This document shows, piece by piece, positions 1 to 10,280 of a stretch of 64,000 nucleotides of DNA; the first letter of the stretch is position 1, and every line of letters starts with the position of its first letter. The notes beneath the pieces were generated by a model. The model was not told the DNA's origin. It ran no database searches and saw only the letters and a program-made list of their open reading frames with translations. Position numbers and translations under genes: made by a program. The DNA is from a virus. The stretch lies in IMG/VR virus record IMGVR_UViG_3300032173_000003, positions 23,021 through 87,020 of that record; one strand, written 5' to 3'.

Positions 1-405
1 GACCATCTGCTTTTTGTTAGGGTTGTGGATGGTAGCCACATAGACCCGACCTTTCTGGGCACGAGCGGAGACGGCTTTGTTGCGGTAAAAGGCAAAGGTT
101 TTCTTTGTGGTAGAGGGCGCTTTGGCCACCACCGCTGCGAACTCGGCAGCTTTGACCTTAGCTTTGACCAGTTCGGTAACTCGCTTCAACTCCAGGGCAG
201 CAGCAGCCACTTCGGGGAACTGGGAGAAGTCAAAGACTTCCTGCTCCTTGACCTGAACGTAACCGTAGAGGGTCTCCACCTTCTTGAGGTTCTGAGTTTC
301 CATCTGGGCACCGATCTGGTCCCGCAGAGTTTCCTTCTGGGTGGTTAGGGTAGCGATCCGCTCTTCCAGGGAGCTGAGACGACGGACCTGGGTATCGAAG
401 TTCAT
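1..405 (-). CDS. hypothetical protein (runs off window edge)
   Basis: Manual translation from ATG at 405: MNFDTQVRRLSSLEERIATLTTQKETLRDQI..., open to window start; promoter upstream. Confidence 0.7.
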   Translation of the reverse strand, partial: MNFDTQVRRLSSLEERIATLTTQKETLRDQIGAQMETQNLKKVETLYGYVQVKEQEVFDFSQFPEVAAAALELKRVTELVKAKVKAAEFAAVVAKAPSTTKKTFAFYRNKAVSARAQKGRVYVATIHNPNKKQMV

Positions 406-429
406 TGGGGTGTCGTGTTGACTGAACCT

Positions 430-459
430 ATTGTAAACCATGGTTCCTGCCGGTGTCAA
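430..459 (-). promoter_or_regulatory. sigma70-like promoter
   Basis: TTGACA-N~17-TACAAT on minus strand. Confidence 0.65.
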
Positions 460-491
460 TACCCTTGTCCCTGTGTCTTGATTTCCTGTCT

Positions 492-896
492 CTACTGCTT
501 TACTCGGATACAGGAAACACCTGTCTCTTTTTCCACAGCCTTGCAGTTTTCCTCCTTATCGTCATACATTACGATGTTGTCTCCGTAGTTTTTTCTAAGG
601 ATGTTAATCTGTTCGACTTTGACTTCAGGGTCAGGGCGCGAGTCTCCGTGGCCACGCATTAGAACGTGCTTGGGTTTGAGGCCCATCTTCTTCAACCAAG
701 TTTCCGTAAGCTTCCTTGACTTTTCGTCACGAGCCGTAGTTATTACGACGGTACCTTCTGAGGGGCGTTGAAAGAACAGGGCCAGATTAAGAATCTTGTC
801 GTTAGGCTCCAAGTCTAAAATGTCCACTCCGGGTTGATTGATTTTGGTCAACGTTTTGTCAACGTCAAAAGCATAGACGGTAGGACTTTTCGCCAT
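492..896 (-). CDS. HAD-family phosphatase, T4 Pnk 3'-phosphatase-like
   Basis: FDVDKTL (DxDxT), ITTAR, MRGHGDSRPDPEVK, YDD motifs. Confidence 0.8.
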   Translation of the reverse strand: MAKSPTVYAFDVDKTLTKINQPGVDILDLEPNDKILNLALFFQRPSEGTVVITTARDEKSRKLTETWLKKMGLKPKHVLMRGHGDSRPDPEVKVEQINILRKNYGDNIVMYDDKEENCKAVEKETGVSCIRVKQ

Positions 897-939
897 GGTG
901 ACCGGGGGTATGAGGATGTAAGTAAGTTTACCCGTATAC

Positions 940-1194
940 TCAAACTAGCTTAGCCTGAAGCTTGTCCAACTGTTGGAGCAAGTCATTCATCTTTTTTGCT
1001 TCTGCAACAGCGTGGTCAAGTTGATTGCGGGTCACATATGTAGTAACAATTTGACTTTGAGTGGAGCGATAGGTGCCAGCAAAGGACTCTACGCACTGGG
1101 ATAAAATTAGCCAATCGTTGTTGGATAGGTTAACAGAACGAAAAATTTCTTCGGCCTCATCAGATTGAGGCACATTGACTACGATGGAACTCAT
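940..1194 (-). CDS. hypothetical protein
   Basis: 84 aa ORF in overlapping minus-strand gene run. Confidence 0.6.
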   Translation of the reverse strand: MSSIVVNVPQSDEAEEIFRSVNLSNNDWLILSQCVESFAGTYRSTQSQIVTTYVTRNQLDHAVAEAKKMNDLLQQLDKLQAKLV

Positions 1195-1436
1195 GTTGAA
1201 GCGTCAGATAGGTACTGTTTATGAAGCTGATTCAGAAAAAGGAACCCTTTATACTTGGCAAACACTTCTACAGGGTGCCAGTTATTAAAGTACCTAGATG
1301 ACAAATACCACCTACCATCCTGAGACTTATAAACCTTGCCGCAGATTTTCCGGGTTTTTAGATCTTTGTATAAGACAAAGGAAGGAAGGTTAGTTTCAAT
1401 GTACAGTGGGGACAAGTAAACAGCAGGTTCGTTCAT
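1191..1436 (-). CDS. hypothetical protein
   Basis: 81 aa ORF with ATGA overlaps. Confidence 0.6.
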   Translation of the reverse strand: MNEPAVYLSPLYIETNLPSFVLYKDLKTRKICGKVYKSQDGRWYLSSRYFNNWHPVEVFAKYKGFLFLNQLHKQYLSDAST

Positions 1437-1565
1437 AGTTCTTTATAAGAAAGTTTCAAACCGAGAAAAATAAACCCCAGAGCAAAATCTACTGAGGGGT
1501 TATAGGAATGGTCAAGTAACCAAGACCCAATACCAAAAATAAAGAAGAAGGTGGGAATCCACATA

Positions 1566-2273
1566 TCAACGGTAAAGGGGATTAGCTGGCTTGACAATTT
1601 GATGGTAAGTGTCTTGGGTGGCATTATAAGTGGTCAGGATGCCGGTGTAAAAGGCACCAGTATCAATACCTACTCGTTGATTGCCCACATCGGGCAAATT
1701 TTCTTGGATCGAGTGACCGTGAACAACTTTTTTAATGGTGTTGGTCCACTTATCAAGTTTGGGACCCAGTGTAAGGAAAGGTTCACGAATCCATACCAGT
1801 TTGTCTAGACCCGTATCATTCAGGGTAACCTGCGGGTCAACCCCCGGTACAACGCCAGCGTGGACGAACATAGTGTCGCCAACCGTAATCATTGCGGGCA
1901 GGCTATGTAGCCAACCTAGGTGGTTCCGGCTCATGTCAAGGATTTTTTCAATATTACCACCGTTGCCAATCCAGTCGGTCATTGAATACCTGTCGGTCTC
2001 TAGCATAGCATCAATGAACAATTGTTCATGGTTGCCCCTAACCATGCTAAAGCTTTCCAGTCCCCAAGCCTCAGGGTCATCTAGAAGGGTTTTGATACGG
2101 TCAAGGACGTCCATATCTTCCCCACCCCTGTCGATTACGTCGCCCAGCAGAATAACTCTGGCACCCGACCCTTTGACCCACTCAAGAAATCCGTCAAGGA
2201 TATCGTAACGTGCGTGGATATCGCCAACAGCAATAACATCGCCGGGATTTATTTTTTCTGTAAAGTTAATCAT
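1566..2273 (-). CDS. calcineurin-like metallophosphoesterase (phage Ser/Thr phosphatase type)
   Basis: GDIHA, LGDVIDRG, RGNHE, VHAG, HGHS, IDTG motifs. Confidence 0.9.
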   Translation of the reverse strand: MINFTEKINPGDVIAVGDIHARYDILDGFLEWVKGSGARVILLGDVIDRGGEDMDVLDRIKTLLDDPEAWGLESFSMVRGNHEQLFIDAMLETDRYSMTDWIGNGGNIEKILDMSRNHLGWLHSLPAMITVGDTMFVHAGVVPGVDPQVTLNDTGLDKLVWIREPFLTLGPKLDKWTNTIKKVVHGHSIQENLPDVGNQRVGIDTGAFYTGILTTYNATQDTYHQIVKPANPLYR

Positions 2274-2297
2274 TTAGTCCACCTCCTGGGTCAGACT

Positions 2298-2792
2298 TCA
2301 GTTATGTATGTATTGTACCACGGAAAAACCTTCCTTGTCAACCCCCCTCAAGGATGCCAGTAAGCTCTGGAACATCTTGTTGATAACATGCTCTGGGACT
2401 TGACGGGAACGGGCAGCGTTGCGGGATAGGCAGTCTGCTAGCGGGGTGTTGACTATCACAGCTTCCACCTCGGAATACCCGTAGCTTTGAAGCAAGGTCA
2501 GGGCGTCTCTCCGGTAGCTAGCGCGATAGTGAGTACCGTCCATGATAATGGTGCGGCCTACGTTCTCTTCCAAGGTTTCAACGATTTTGTCATGGATCTC
2601 CACCCAGTTGCCCTGAATGTTGGCATCACCGTAGAGTTGCTCACGGATGGTATCGCCGCAGATTACTACAGCACCTGGGTGCTCGGCTTTCAGTTTTTCA
2701 GAATGGGTTGATTTGCCGGAGCCTGGCGCCCCAACCATTACAAATGCTTTCATTGTTCTTGTTTCAATAAAGACCGGGCCACGGGGCCTCAA
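2298..2792 (-). CDS. P-loop kinase (AAA_33, Pnk 5'-kinase-like); likely start MKAF near 2753
   Basis: MVGAPGSGKST Walker A, DTIRE, MDGT, RNAARSRQVPEHVI lid. Confidence 0.85.
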   Translation of the reverse strand: MRPRGPVFIETRTMKAFVMVGAPGSGKSTHSEKLKAEHPGAVVICGDTIREQLYGDANIQGNWVEIHDKIVETLEENVGRTIIMDGTHYRASYRRDALTLLQSYGYSEVEAVIVNTPLADCLSRNAARSRQVPEHVINKMFQSLLASLRGVDKEGFSVVQYIHN

Positions 2793-3054
2793 CTATACTA
2801 GCATCCTTGGTCAAGTACTTCACAGTTTCCGGGTAAACTTGGCAGACTACCCAGAAGATGCAAAATCTGTTAGATGCCCTTGTCACATCCTTCACAAGCC
2901 AGCCGCTTTGCTTAGCAAAAGAGATGGCATCTTTTTTAAGGGCAAAAGTTGCCAAACCTTGCTCACGCAAGCTGGTTCCGGCTTTGCCCCTATGGTCGAG
3001 ATCGCGCATATTGAGAAAGGGATGGTGCAGGGTAGCCCCTGCTCTCATCCCCAT
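2764..3054 (-). CDS. hypothetical protein
   Basis: 96 aa minus-strand ORF. Confidence 0.5.
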   Translation of the reverse strand: MGMRAGATLHHPFLNMRDLDHRGKAGTSLREQGLATFALKKDAISFAKQSGWLVKDVTRASNRFCIFWVVCQVYPETVKYLTKDASIVEAPWPGLY

Positions 3055-3072
3055 TGTAGCACGGTTAGGCCG

Positions 3073-3303
3073 TCAGTATCCAGCGTTCAGAAAGAACTGA
3101 TACTTGTCTAACCAATTGACTAACGGGTTAGAGTCTTGTATGACATCATCACTTTGATTGACAAAGTTTTTGACAACCCAAATAATTTCTCTGAACTCTT
3201 GGTTACTCCAACACGGTTCCTTAAGTGGCACTTCTAAGTTAGGAGTTTTTTGCAAGAGAAGGTAAAGTTCTCTCTGTAGTGCCAAAAGCCTACCAGAGTT
3301 CAT
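3073..3303 (-). CDS. hypothetical protein
   Basis: 76 aa ORF with GGGTAAA motif upstream. Confidence 0.55.
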   Translation of the reverse strand: MNSGRLLALQRELYLLLQKTPNLEVPLKEPCWSNQEFREIIWVVKNFVNQSDDVIQDSNPLVNWLDKYQFFLNAGY

Positions 3304-3342
3304 GGTCCCTAAACTAAAGGTTGAAAGGTTTTACCCCCCCCC

Positions 3343-3615
3343 TTAGGCATCGACCGGCAGCGGGCCACCCGCAGCAACCGCACCTTCAACACCTTCAACA
3401 CCCTCAGGGTCAAGGTCAAGGTCGGTAATGTACAAGTCAAGCAAGTCACGGTAGCCAGCATCTACTACGGACTTGGCGAGGTCTTCAACGCTAAGTTCGT
3501 TAACGGCTGCGGTTACGGCTTCACCGTAGACCCTAACCAATTCACGAATAGGTGCGTTTGAGATTACTCTAGATACAAGAACATCAGTCAGTTCTTCTCT
3601 TTTTTCGATTTTCAT
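3343..3615 (-). CDS. hypothetical protein
   Basis: 90 aa ORF. Confidence 0.6.
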   Translation of the reverse strand: MKIEKREELTDVLVSRVISNAPIRELVRVYGEAVTAAVNELSVEDLAKSVVDAGYRDLLDLYITDLDLDPEGVEGVEGAVAAGGPLPVDA

Positions 3616-3711
3616 AGTTTTTTGTCAATGAGTGATAACGGCCCCTAGAGATTACTATAGGTTAGGGTACCGTAACGGAAAAGGGGGGGATTTGAACCCC
3701 CGGAGGCACCT

Positions 3712-4539
3712 TTAGTACCTCGGCGGTTTTCGAAACCGCTGCTTTAAGCCTCTCAGCCACCTTTCCAAGTGTCTAATAATTGGGAGTGAAATCAACAGGC
3801 CCGATGACGACAGTTGTTCAACGGGCTCACTAGTTCCAAACGTAGGGGTAATTCGTCCTTTCCAGTTGAGGCCGAGTCCTGGTTGGCTTTCCAGGTGAAT
3901 GACAACAATTTCCGGTAGCAGTTCTCTTCTCTCTCTGGACCATTTTTTACAATGGAGTACGTCTGTACGGTCGGCAAACCCGTGTTTATCCGGGTAACGA
4001 AATACACCTGAACTTTTTGGGTTCCATAGTTGGAAATACCCAATAGGCTCATATCCGCCTAGTGGAGTCTTATACTCTGCAATACGTACTCCAACGGGGA
4101 ATTTAGTCAGATGAATAAATATCCAAGAATCTTGAATTGGGGTGGGGCAGTTTACAAACTTTTGCCACTCCTCAAAACTAGGGCACATTAGGCGGTCTGC
4201 CCCATATATTTTCTTACCACGTAAAGGTAAGGACTCTAGAATAGACCTTGTTTGCGGGGGGAGGTAAATGTCAGCATCTAGATGAATCACCCAACCATCT
4301 AAACTAAGGTTTTTCAGCCCCTTATTAATGCCTTTACCTTTGTTGAAGACGTCGCCACCCTCGTAAAAGGCGTCTGTCTGAACACACTCCACATTGTAGT
4401 ATTCGCACAATGCCTTTGTACGTCTATCTTCAAGGTCTGTAACAACTACCAGTCTGTCAAACTGATTTCGTGTACTTGGCAAAGTATGGGCCAAAAAGTC
4501 TGAATAATTGACGCATACTATAACAGCTTCTAGCTTCAT
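3712..4539 (-). CDS. glycosyltransferase (GT-A/family 2-like)
   Basis: VIVCVNYSDFL, FNKGKGIN, HLDADI (DxD), GYFQL. Confidence 0.75.
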   Translation of the reverse strand: MKLEAVIVCVNYSDFLAHTLPSTRNQFDRLVVVTDLEDRRTKALCEYYNVECVQTDAFYEGGDVFNKGKGINKGLKNLSLDGWVIHLDADIYLPPQTRSILESLPLRGKKIYGADRLMCPSFEEWQKFVNCPTPIQDSWIFIHLTKFPVGVRIAEYKTPLGGYEPIGYFQLWNPKSSGVFRYPDKHGFADRTDVLHCKKWSRERRELLPEIVVIHLESQPGLGLNWKGRITPTFGTSEPVEQLSSSGLLISLPIIRHLERWLRGLKQRFRKPPRY

Positions 4540-5030
4540 TAGTTAATGTGCCTTTGAATTTTTTCTTCCTTTGTGGTACTCTAGTTTAATCCAGCTTAGT
4601 AAAGCCTGTGTATTTGCGACTTTTGCCGAATCTACCTCACAGTTTTTACCCTTCAATACACCGAGGTAATGATCTAGAGCTTCAATAGCAAGTTCGTGGT
4701 CTTGTAGAGAAATGAGAGACATCAGGGTGCATTCCATAGTGGGCGTGGAGCTAGCTTAGCCTTTTCAATTTTTACCCCCTCTACCTCCCTTTGTGCCGTC
4801 GCCAATTTCCTGGGACTCATCTGAGCTTCCCACTCTTTAGCCAAATCGCTCATGTCAATGTTGGATAGGTTTTTCATTTTGGACAGGGGATTAAGGTTTT
4901 GGCCAAAGGGTAAACCCGTGGCAATGCTCCTTGCGAGGATCGAACTTGCCTTAGGCGAATTAGGAGTTCGCTGCATTCGCCAGATTGCTAAAGGAGCTTT
5001 GACCCTATTATAGCATCTCTCCGGGGAAGG

Positions 5031-6416
5031 TCAACCCTCTTTCCAACCTCCCGGAACATTGACCCTTCTTTTTTGAGAGACTTCATTTTTGAGCCTAACT
5101 GCCCATACTGACCCTTCCTTTGAGATGGGGTTTTCTACGTCACAAAAAGATACAGGCCATACATCGAAGCGGTCTTTTAGCCGTTTAATCAGCTGGTAGA
5201 ACTCAGTGTCTGCTTCCGAGTTTGGTCCTAGCCTTGGCACTTGGATTTCCAAAGACCCAAAGAATCTGCCCATGCCTACATCGTAAGTTTCCAGAATCTT
5301 GCCATATGCTTTTCCACTTACAATATCATCTTCGGTCAGCTCCAAGAGACCTTCAATCATCTCTTTTGTGGGGGCTTTCCTGACATTTTCATCCTTGGAC
5401 GAGCGGCTAAATATAGAGTTATCAACAATGCGGTAGAATCTATTTAGATTGGCCAGCAAAGACTGCTTGTGCTCCCGAACCTTCCTTTGAACCTTCCTAA
5501 TGGTGTTACCTTTAAGCGGATTATAACCAACGATTTTGCAGAAGTACAGGTCTTCATAACTTTGGCCCTTCCTTAGGGTTTGAATCTCATTTGTTGCACA
5601 AGCGAGTAAGACTTGAAGTTCCCGTGAGCTGATTCCGTTAAACCCGCTAGGAAGGTTAGTAAGAACATAATCGGCAGCGGCTATCCAACCGAAATACGCA
5701 CGAGAGTAGTCACCCACCACTATCACATTGTCTGTATATGCCGTGTCATTGGGGTACTTTTCTAACCATTCTAGTCCAGGTAAGTACCGGGGGGCATGTT
5801 GATTGCTAGAGTAGGAAACTTTAAACTCAGGGATTAACTTAGCTACTTCTTCTTCAGTTTTTCTCTCTACAAGGGTAGGATCTAAGGGTTCTGAATGTCC
5901 GAGCAGATAGTACAAGTCCGGGGTAATAACATCCAGTGTCTCAGTCAGGAGCTTTAGGTCTTTCTTTCTCGATTCATACTCCTTCTGTTTAGTATTGTTT
6001 GATAGTGCCTCTAGCAGTTCTTCCCATTGCCCCTGAGTAATGGAGTCAACAAAATGCCAAAACTCTGACACCTTCCCCCAGTTTTCACCGAGGATTTTTT
6101 CAGGTTCGTTAAGTACGATGGCCGGACTCTGACTCGAAAGGTCATTAAACCTTCGCAGAAGAATGGAGTGAATCACACTTATTCCTAGGGTCTTGGCTGT
6201 AACTTCGTCAAGATTTAAGCCTGAGTTGCCGTACGTTAACCCTTTCCAAAAAGCTTGAAAGTCCATCACCCCCATACCCTTGGAAATCATAATCGCTTCA
6301 CTCTGGGCACAGGGGCTGAGACCGTTTTCCTCTCTCACCAGTTCGTATCCTTTGCCGGGCATACCCTCAAGCTGAGACCATTTTTTCGTGAGTTCTTTAA
6401 TTAGTGAAGTGTTCAT
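5031..6416 (-). CDS. hypothetical protein
   Basis: 461 aa ORF, no family recognised. Confidence 0.7.
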   Translation of the reverse strand: MNTSLIKELTKKWSQLEGMPGKGYELVREENGLSPCAQSEAIMISKGMGVMDFQAFWKGLTYGNSGLNLDEVTAKTLGISVIHSILLRRFNDLSSQSPAIVLNEPEKILGENWGKVSEFWHFVDSITQGQWEELLEALSNNTKQKEYESRKKDLKLLTETLDVITPDLYYLLGHSEPLDPTLVERKTEEEVAKLIPEFKVSYSSNQHAPRYLPGLEWLEKYPNDTAYTDNVIVVGDYSRAYFGWIAAADYVLTNLPSGFNGISSRELQVLLACATNEIQTLRKGQSYEDLYFCKIVGYNPLKGNTIRKVQRKVREHKQSLLANLNRFYRIVDNSIFSRSSKDENVRKAPTKEMIEGLLELTEDDIVSGKAYGKILETYDVGMGRFFGSLEIQVPRLGPNSEADTEFYQLIKRLKDRFDVWPVSFCDVENPISKEGSVWAVRLKNEVSQKRRVNVPGGWKEG

Positions 6417-6444
6417 TTTGTGAGTTTACTTGTTGTCGGTTAAA

Positions 6445-6534
6445 TAGGCGTGTAGGGAGTCGAACCCTAACTAGCCGGTAATCTGCCGGAGTGGTCTTCA
6501 TAAGGGACCCTGTGCTACCGTACACCACACGCCC
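6445..6534 (-). tRNA. atypical tRNA-Ile(UAU)-like with long variable arm
   Basis: GGGCGTG/CACGCCT acceptor, loop CTTATGA, extra arm CCGGCAGATTACCGG, T loop TTCGACT. Confidence 0.65.
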
Positions 6535-6784
6535 AAGAAAAAGAGTCAGTAGACTCTTTAGCACAAGTAGTTTACCCTGGGGGAGTCAAGCTGCGGCAGA
6601 TGCCACAGGTTGGTACTCGTTGAGAGCTTGATTTACTTCTACTGAGGTTTCCGCCTTATAGAGATTAAGCAGGAGGTAGGACGCTGCGGGGTCCTTTTCA
6701 GGGAGTTTAGCAAGCAGAGTAGCAATAGACTTTGCCATTTTGTTTGAGGTGTTTGTCGTTGGGATTTGGCTGCTTAGCAACCAA

Positions 6785-6858
6785 CGACCCCTGATGGATT
6801 CGAACCATCGACCGACCGCTTAGAAGGCGGTTGCTCTAGTCCACTGAGCTAAGGGGCC
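6785..6858 (-). tRNA. tRNA-Arg(UCU)
   Basis: Canonical cloverleaf, loop CTTCTAA. Confidence 0.95.
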
Positions 6859-6892
6859 TTGTTTGAGGGGTGTGCGCCCCTCCCTCCCTATT

Positions 6893-7177
6893 TTAGGAAG
6901 CACTGACCAGTCTGTAAACGTTTCCCAGCTTAGCCCGCATTGTGGGCTCCAGGATGGCATAGTTGGGGTCCTTTAGGGCCTTGTCTACCGAAGGTTGGTC
7001 CTTCCAAAAGATCAGGATGGTAATTTGACCAGCAGGGTACCTGACATACTGTTTATTGATGTAGCCCGGTTGTCTTTGCAACCACGATGTCCAAACCTCT
7101 TCATCAGCGGATATAAAGGTTTCAACCAACTCAGGGGCAACTTGGAAATGCAATCTTTCAATCTTCATTGGGCTCAC
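6893..7177 (-). CDS. TIGR03792-like cyanobacterial ABM-fold protein
   Basis: IERLHFQVAPELVETFISADEEVWTSWLQRQPGY signature. Confidence 0.7.
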   Translation of the reverse strand: MSPMKIERLHFQVAPELVETFISADEEVWTSWLQRQPGYINKQYVRYPAGQITILIFWKDQPSVDKALKDPNYAILEPTMRAKLGNVYRLVSAS

Positions 7178-7442
7178 CAGTCCACTCTTCCCACTTGTCG
7201 ATTGGGCAACGCATGTTTGCGAAAGATGCCTTTATCCCAAGTATGCATAAACATATGTCACACTGGTCTGTATTTTCCATGTAATGGTTACATTCATGGC
7301 AAATGTCTAACCTGTTTTTTCGTATTGACCTTGGGGCCAGTTTAGGGTTTTCTAGCACTCTCTTTGCGCTATCTCGGAGGGAGTCGCCAAAGGAACGTCT
7401 ACAACAGTCTTCAGCCATTCTCCTTTCTCCGTTTTTGAACAA
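7158..7442 (-). CDS. small Cys-rich zinc-binding protein (DUF6171-like)
   Basis: RLDICHEC...QCDICLC...CPIDKW. Confidence 0.65.
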   Translation of the reverse strand: MFKNGERRMAEDCCRRSFGDSLRDSAKRVLENPKLAPRSIRKNRLDICHECNHYMENTDQCDICLCILGIKASFANMRCPIDKWEEWTGEPNED

Positions 7443-8127
7443 GTTTCATCCTCTCACTTTGAGCTTTTTTGTCTTCTTCAGACCATTTTTTATATGGTCC
7501 CCTCTTCTTACCCGTTCGGGAAGCAGACATTTTAGCCTTAGATTCCACAGAAGCTTTCTTACCCGTAAGGGATTTCCTAAGTTTGTCTTTAGTTTCTTCT
7601 GTCAGGGTAACTCCCTTTCGGGAGCCGGGTTTACCTTTCTTGGCCTCCGAAACTTTTTTAGCCACTTTTGGATCTTTCATCGGGTTGTTGTTTTTCATTC
7701 GCTCTGAGTGAGCTTTTTTCATCTCAGGGGTCATCGGGGCCTGATTTTTGCCCTGATAGTCTGGGTTATTCGGGCCTCTAAACTTTTCTTTAGACTCCTC
7801 TGACCAAAACCGTCCAGGAACTCCCGGTTTGCCTCTACGTTGAGCGGCAACTTTTTCCGCAGTCTCTGGATTTTTCATAGGGTTTTCTTCAGTTTTAAAT
7901 CTTCTTGAGTGTTCCGCCCTGACTGCTGCCCTTAGTTCGGAGCTAAGGTATCTCCAACCCTCGTGCCTATAGTCAAACTGTCTATCAAGTCCCTGTACGT
8001 ACCTGTTAGCGTGGAGTTCAGCGTGAGTAATGAAGTCAATTTCCTCTAGGTTCCAGTCGTCGTCAGTGCCCCCTAAGTGCCGGGGTACTACGTGGTGATT
8101 GTGGTTTTTCATTATTTTGGCCAACAA
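7411..8127 (-). CDS. HNH homing endonuclease with NUMOD3-like DNA-binding repeats
   Basis: HHVVPRHLGGTDDDWNL...HAELH; SEETKDKLRKS-type repeats. Confidence 0.85.
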   Translation of the reverse strand: MLAKIMKNHNHHVVPRHLGGTDDDWNLEEIDFITHAELHANRYVQGLDRQFDYRHEGWRYLSSELRAAVRAEHSRRFKTEENPMKNPETAEKVAAQRRGKPGVPGRFWSEESKEKFRGPNNPDYQGKNQAPMTPEMKKAHSERMKNNNPMKDPKVAKKVSEAKKGKPGSRKGVTLTEETKDKLRKSLTGKKASVESKAKMSASRTGKKRGPYKKWSEEDKKAQSERMKLVQKRRKENG

Positions 8128-8146
8128 GGTTATCTTTACCCTTACC

Positions 8147-8842
8147 TCAATCCCAATACTTGTGCAGCGTCTCTACGTGCCTCAAGATGATAGAACTGTC
8201 CGTGAACCTATACGTATCTTTAAGACTTTGCGTATCTTTAAAGTGGGAAAGTTCTGAAAGTACCGCCCTAGTAACAGCACAATCCGAAATGTAGTCCCTA
8301 TACCAAAATGTGTCAAACTTCTCCAGGTAAATAAGGAAAGGGTCGGCATAGGTCCAGGTAAACTTGGGCTTTGCGTTTTGTTTACCGTGTAACGAATGGA
8401 TGTAACCCACTGGGGTATAATCGTTATCTTCATCGTGACCCAAGTCAAACTCCGAGTACTCACTGCTCTGGTGACTTTCGAGCCAACCCCAATTCAAGCT
8501 ACGCCAAAAGTCCCCCCTGTAAGAGCGTGACCACACATCCTCTTCAGAACTGGTGAGGGTGCGGCCCCAGAATTTTGTGATTTGGGGGATGATACGCAGA
8601 GCTTCACGGGGACTTGCTTTACGAAAGAAGCTTTCTAAAAGGTCAATGCGATGCTTCTCGGGATCGGCAATACTGATAACCCTTTGATAGTCTTCGGAAG
8701 CCGCCTGGAAGTGAACTTTAATGTATTCCTCTTCCTCCTTTTCAACTTTGAAAGTTATATTGACCCTTAGGAAAGGTATTGAGCCTGCTCCGTCAGAAGG
8801 GCGTTCATCCACCCTAAAGCTGGTGATTTGGATAAAACTCAT
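8147..8842 (-). CDS. hypothetical protein
   Basis: 231 aa ORF. Confidence 0.65.
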   Translation of the reverse strand: MSFIQITSFRVDERPSDGAGSIPFLRVNITFKVEKEEEEYIKVHFQAASEDYQRVISIADPEKHRIDLLESFFRKASPREALRIIPQITKFWGRTLTSSEEDVWSRSYRGDFWRSLNWGWLESHQSSEYSEFDLGHDEDNDYTPVGYIHSLHGKQNAKPKFTWTYADPFLIYLEKFDTFWYRDYISDCAVTRAVLSELSHFKDTQSLKDTYRFTDSSIILRHVETLHKYWD

Positions 8843-9087
8843 GACATACCCAGAGCAGCTCTAAAGAAACTGGTAATCTCAAGTTTGGAACCATGGTTGA
8901 CATTGTACTTATTGCATACTTCAATTAGTTTTTTCTCATAGTCAAGGTGGGGGTGCGAAAGACCAATAACCCTGAGCCTATCGACAAAGGACTCTTTGAC
9001 AACATCTGTCAATGCTGCAAGGTCTTCTTCATCAATGTTAACGGTTTTTGTGCATATGGCCGGGTGGTATTCGTATGTGATTTCCAT
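8839..9087 (-). CDS. hypothetical protein
   Basis: 82 aa ORF. Confidence 0.55.
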   Translation of the reverse strand: MEITYEYHPAICTKTVNIDEEDLAALTDVVKESFVDRLRVIGLSHPHLDYEKKLIEVCNKYNVNHGSKLEITSFFRAALGMS

Positions 9088-9146
9088 TGAGTGTCTCTGT
9101 GAGGGTAAAGTGGGGCAAAGTCAAACTCTACCCCACCGGTAAGCGA

Positions 9147-9980
9147 TCAGACGGCAGCCATCTCAGTCAAGACGCTCATTGCACGGCGGTTGATGGACGC
9201 CCCAGCACCGAAGTTGCTGTAGTTGAACCGACCAGCAACAGTCTTGCGGCTACGGTTAGAGCCGAAGTCGGTGATTCCGTTGAAGGCATCGTAGAAAGTC
9301 CTACCTTCATTACCGCCGCCCGTACCAGAGACAAACAGCTCGGTGAAGGTCTCAACGTTGCGCATCTTGGCGATATCTTTTTGGTAGACAGCTTCCAGAG
9401 CAGTTTGGAACTGGTCGATGCTGCAAGGAGCAGAAGCCAAGGTCTCAACTTTGGTTGCATAGATACGCATCGAGTCGTTGACATAGCTGACAACGGCATC
9501 AGAAGCCAGGACACGGTTGTTAACACCCTCCATGTGGCGATAGCGCTCACTCAGGTCACTGTAGGCCATTGCAAAAGTATTCCCGCAAATGACACGAGTG
9601 GCTGAGTTACCGATTGCCACACTGGCGTTACCCGTGTGCCCATTCAGCAAGGTGATGTAGGCTTTGTAGTCCTCACCAAGAACTTGGAACTCCTGGTTGA
9701 TGCGAGCTTGGATAAACACCTTGGCCCCGTGGTTAAGGAACCCGATGTTCTCAATGTTGAGCACACCTTCGGAAACCATTGGATCGACCAGCTTGCGGAG
9801 GTCGGCATTCTGAACCGTTTCATATGCAGAGGAAACAACGCCGAGGGCACGACCGGTATCGGCACGAACCACAGCGGCTTTCTCGTCCCACTGAACCGGC
9901 TGACCATCGTTGCCAGCGAAGAACAGAGGGCGCTTCTCAACGGCCCAATCCAGGTTATCGGTCAGAGCGAAAGTAGTCAT
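9147..9980 (-). CDS. DUF932 / TIGR03299-like phage-plasmid protein
   Basis: LDWAVEKRPL, VRADTGRALGVVSSAYETVQN, LLNGHTG, RVICGNT. Confidence 0.85.
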   Translation of the reverse strand: MTTFALTDNLDWAVEKRPLFFAGNDGQPVQWDEKAAVVRADTGRALGVVSSAYETVQNADLRKLVDPMVSEGVLNIENIGFLNHGAKVFIQARINQEFQVLGEDYKAYITLLNGHTGNASVAIGNSATRVICGNTFAMAYSDLSERYRHMEGVNNRVLASDAVVSYVNDSMRIYATKVETLASAPCSIDQFQTALEAVYQKDIAKMRNVETFTELFVSGTGGGNEGRTFYDAFNGITDFGSNRSRKTVAGRFNYSNFGAGASINRRAMSVLTEMAAV

Positions 9981-10075
9981 TTTGGTTTAGGGGTGGTGGT
10001 TTAGGGGGCGGGTCGCCTCCAGTGATTTAATTATAGCAGCCTAGGGGGCAAAAGTAAACCCCCTAGTTTAAGGGC

Positions 10076-10276
10076 TCACTGGCGTTCCCATCGCTGGCTG
10101 CAGCGTTGGTTGCAACGCAGCTCAGACACAGGGTAATCAAAGCCTTGCTTAAAGGCATTCTCCTGCACCTCCTGAGCGCTGTCGCCCGTGATAGTGCGCT
10201 GGGTTGAGGCTTGGGCGGGATAGCTCGTTATGATTGCTGCCAGGGCAACCATTGCTAGTGCTAGAGTTTTAGTCAT
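10076..10276 (-). CDS. small secreted protein
   Basis: Signal peptide MTKTLALAMVALAAIITSYPAQA. Confidence 0.6.
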   Translation of the reverse strand: MTKTLALAMVALAAIITSYPAQASTQRTITGDSAQEVQENAFKQGFDYPVSELRCNQRCSQRWERQ

Positions 10277-10280
10277 TGTG

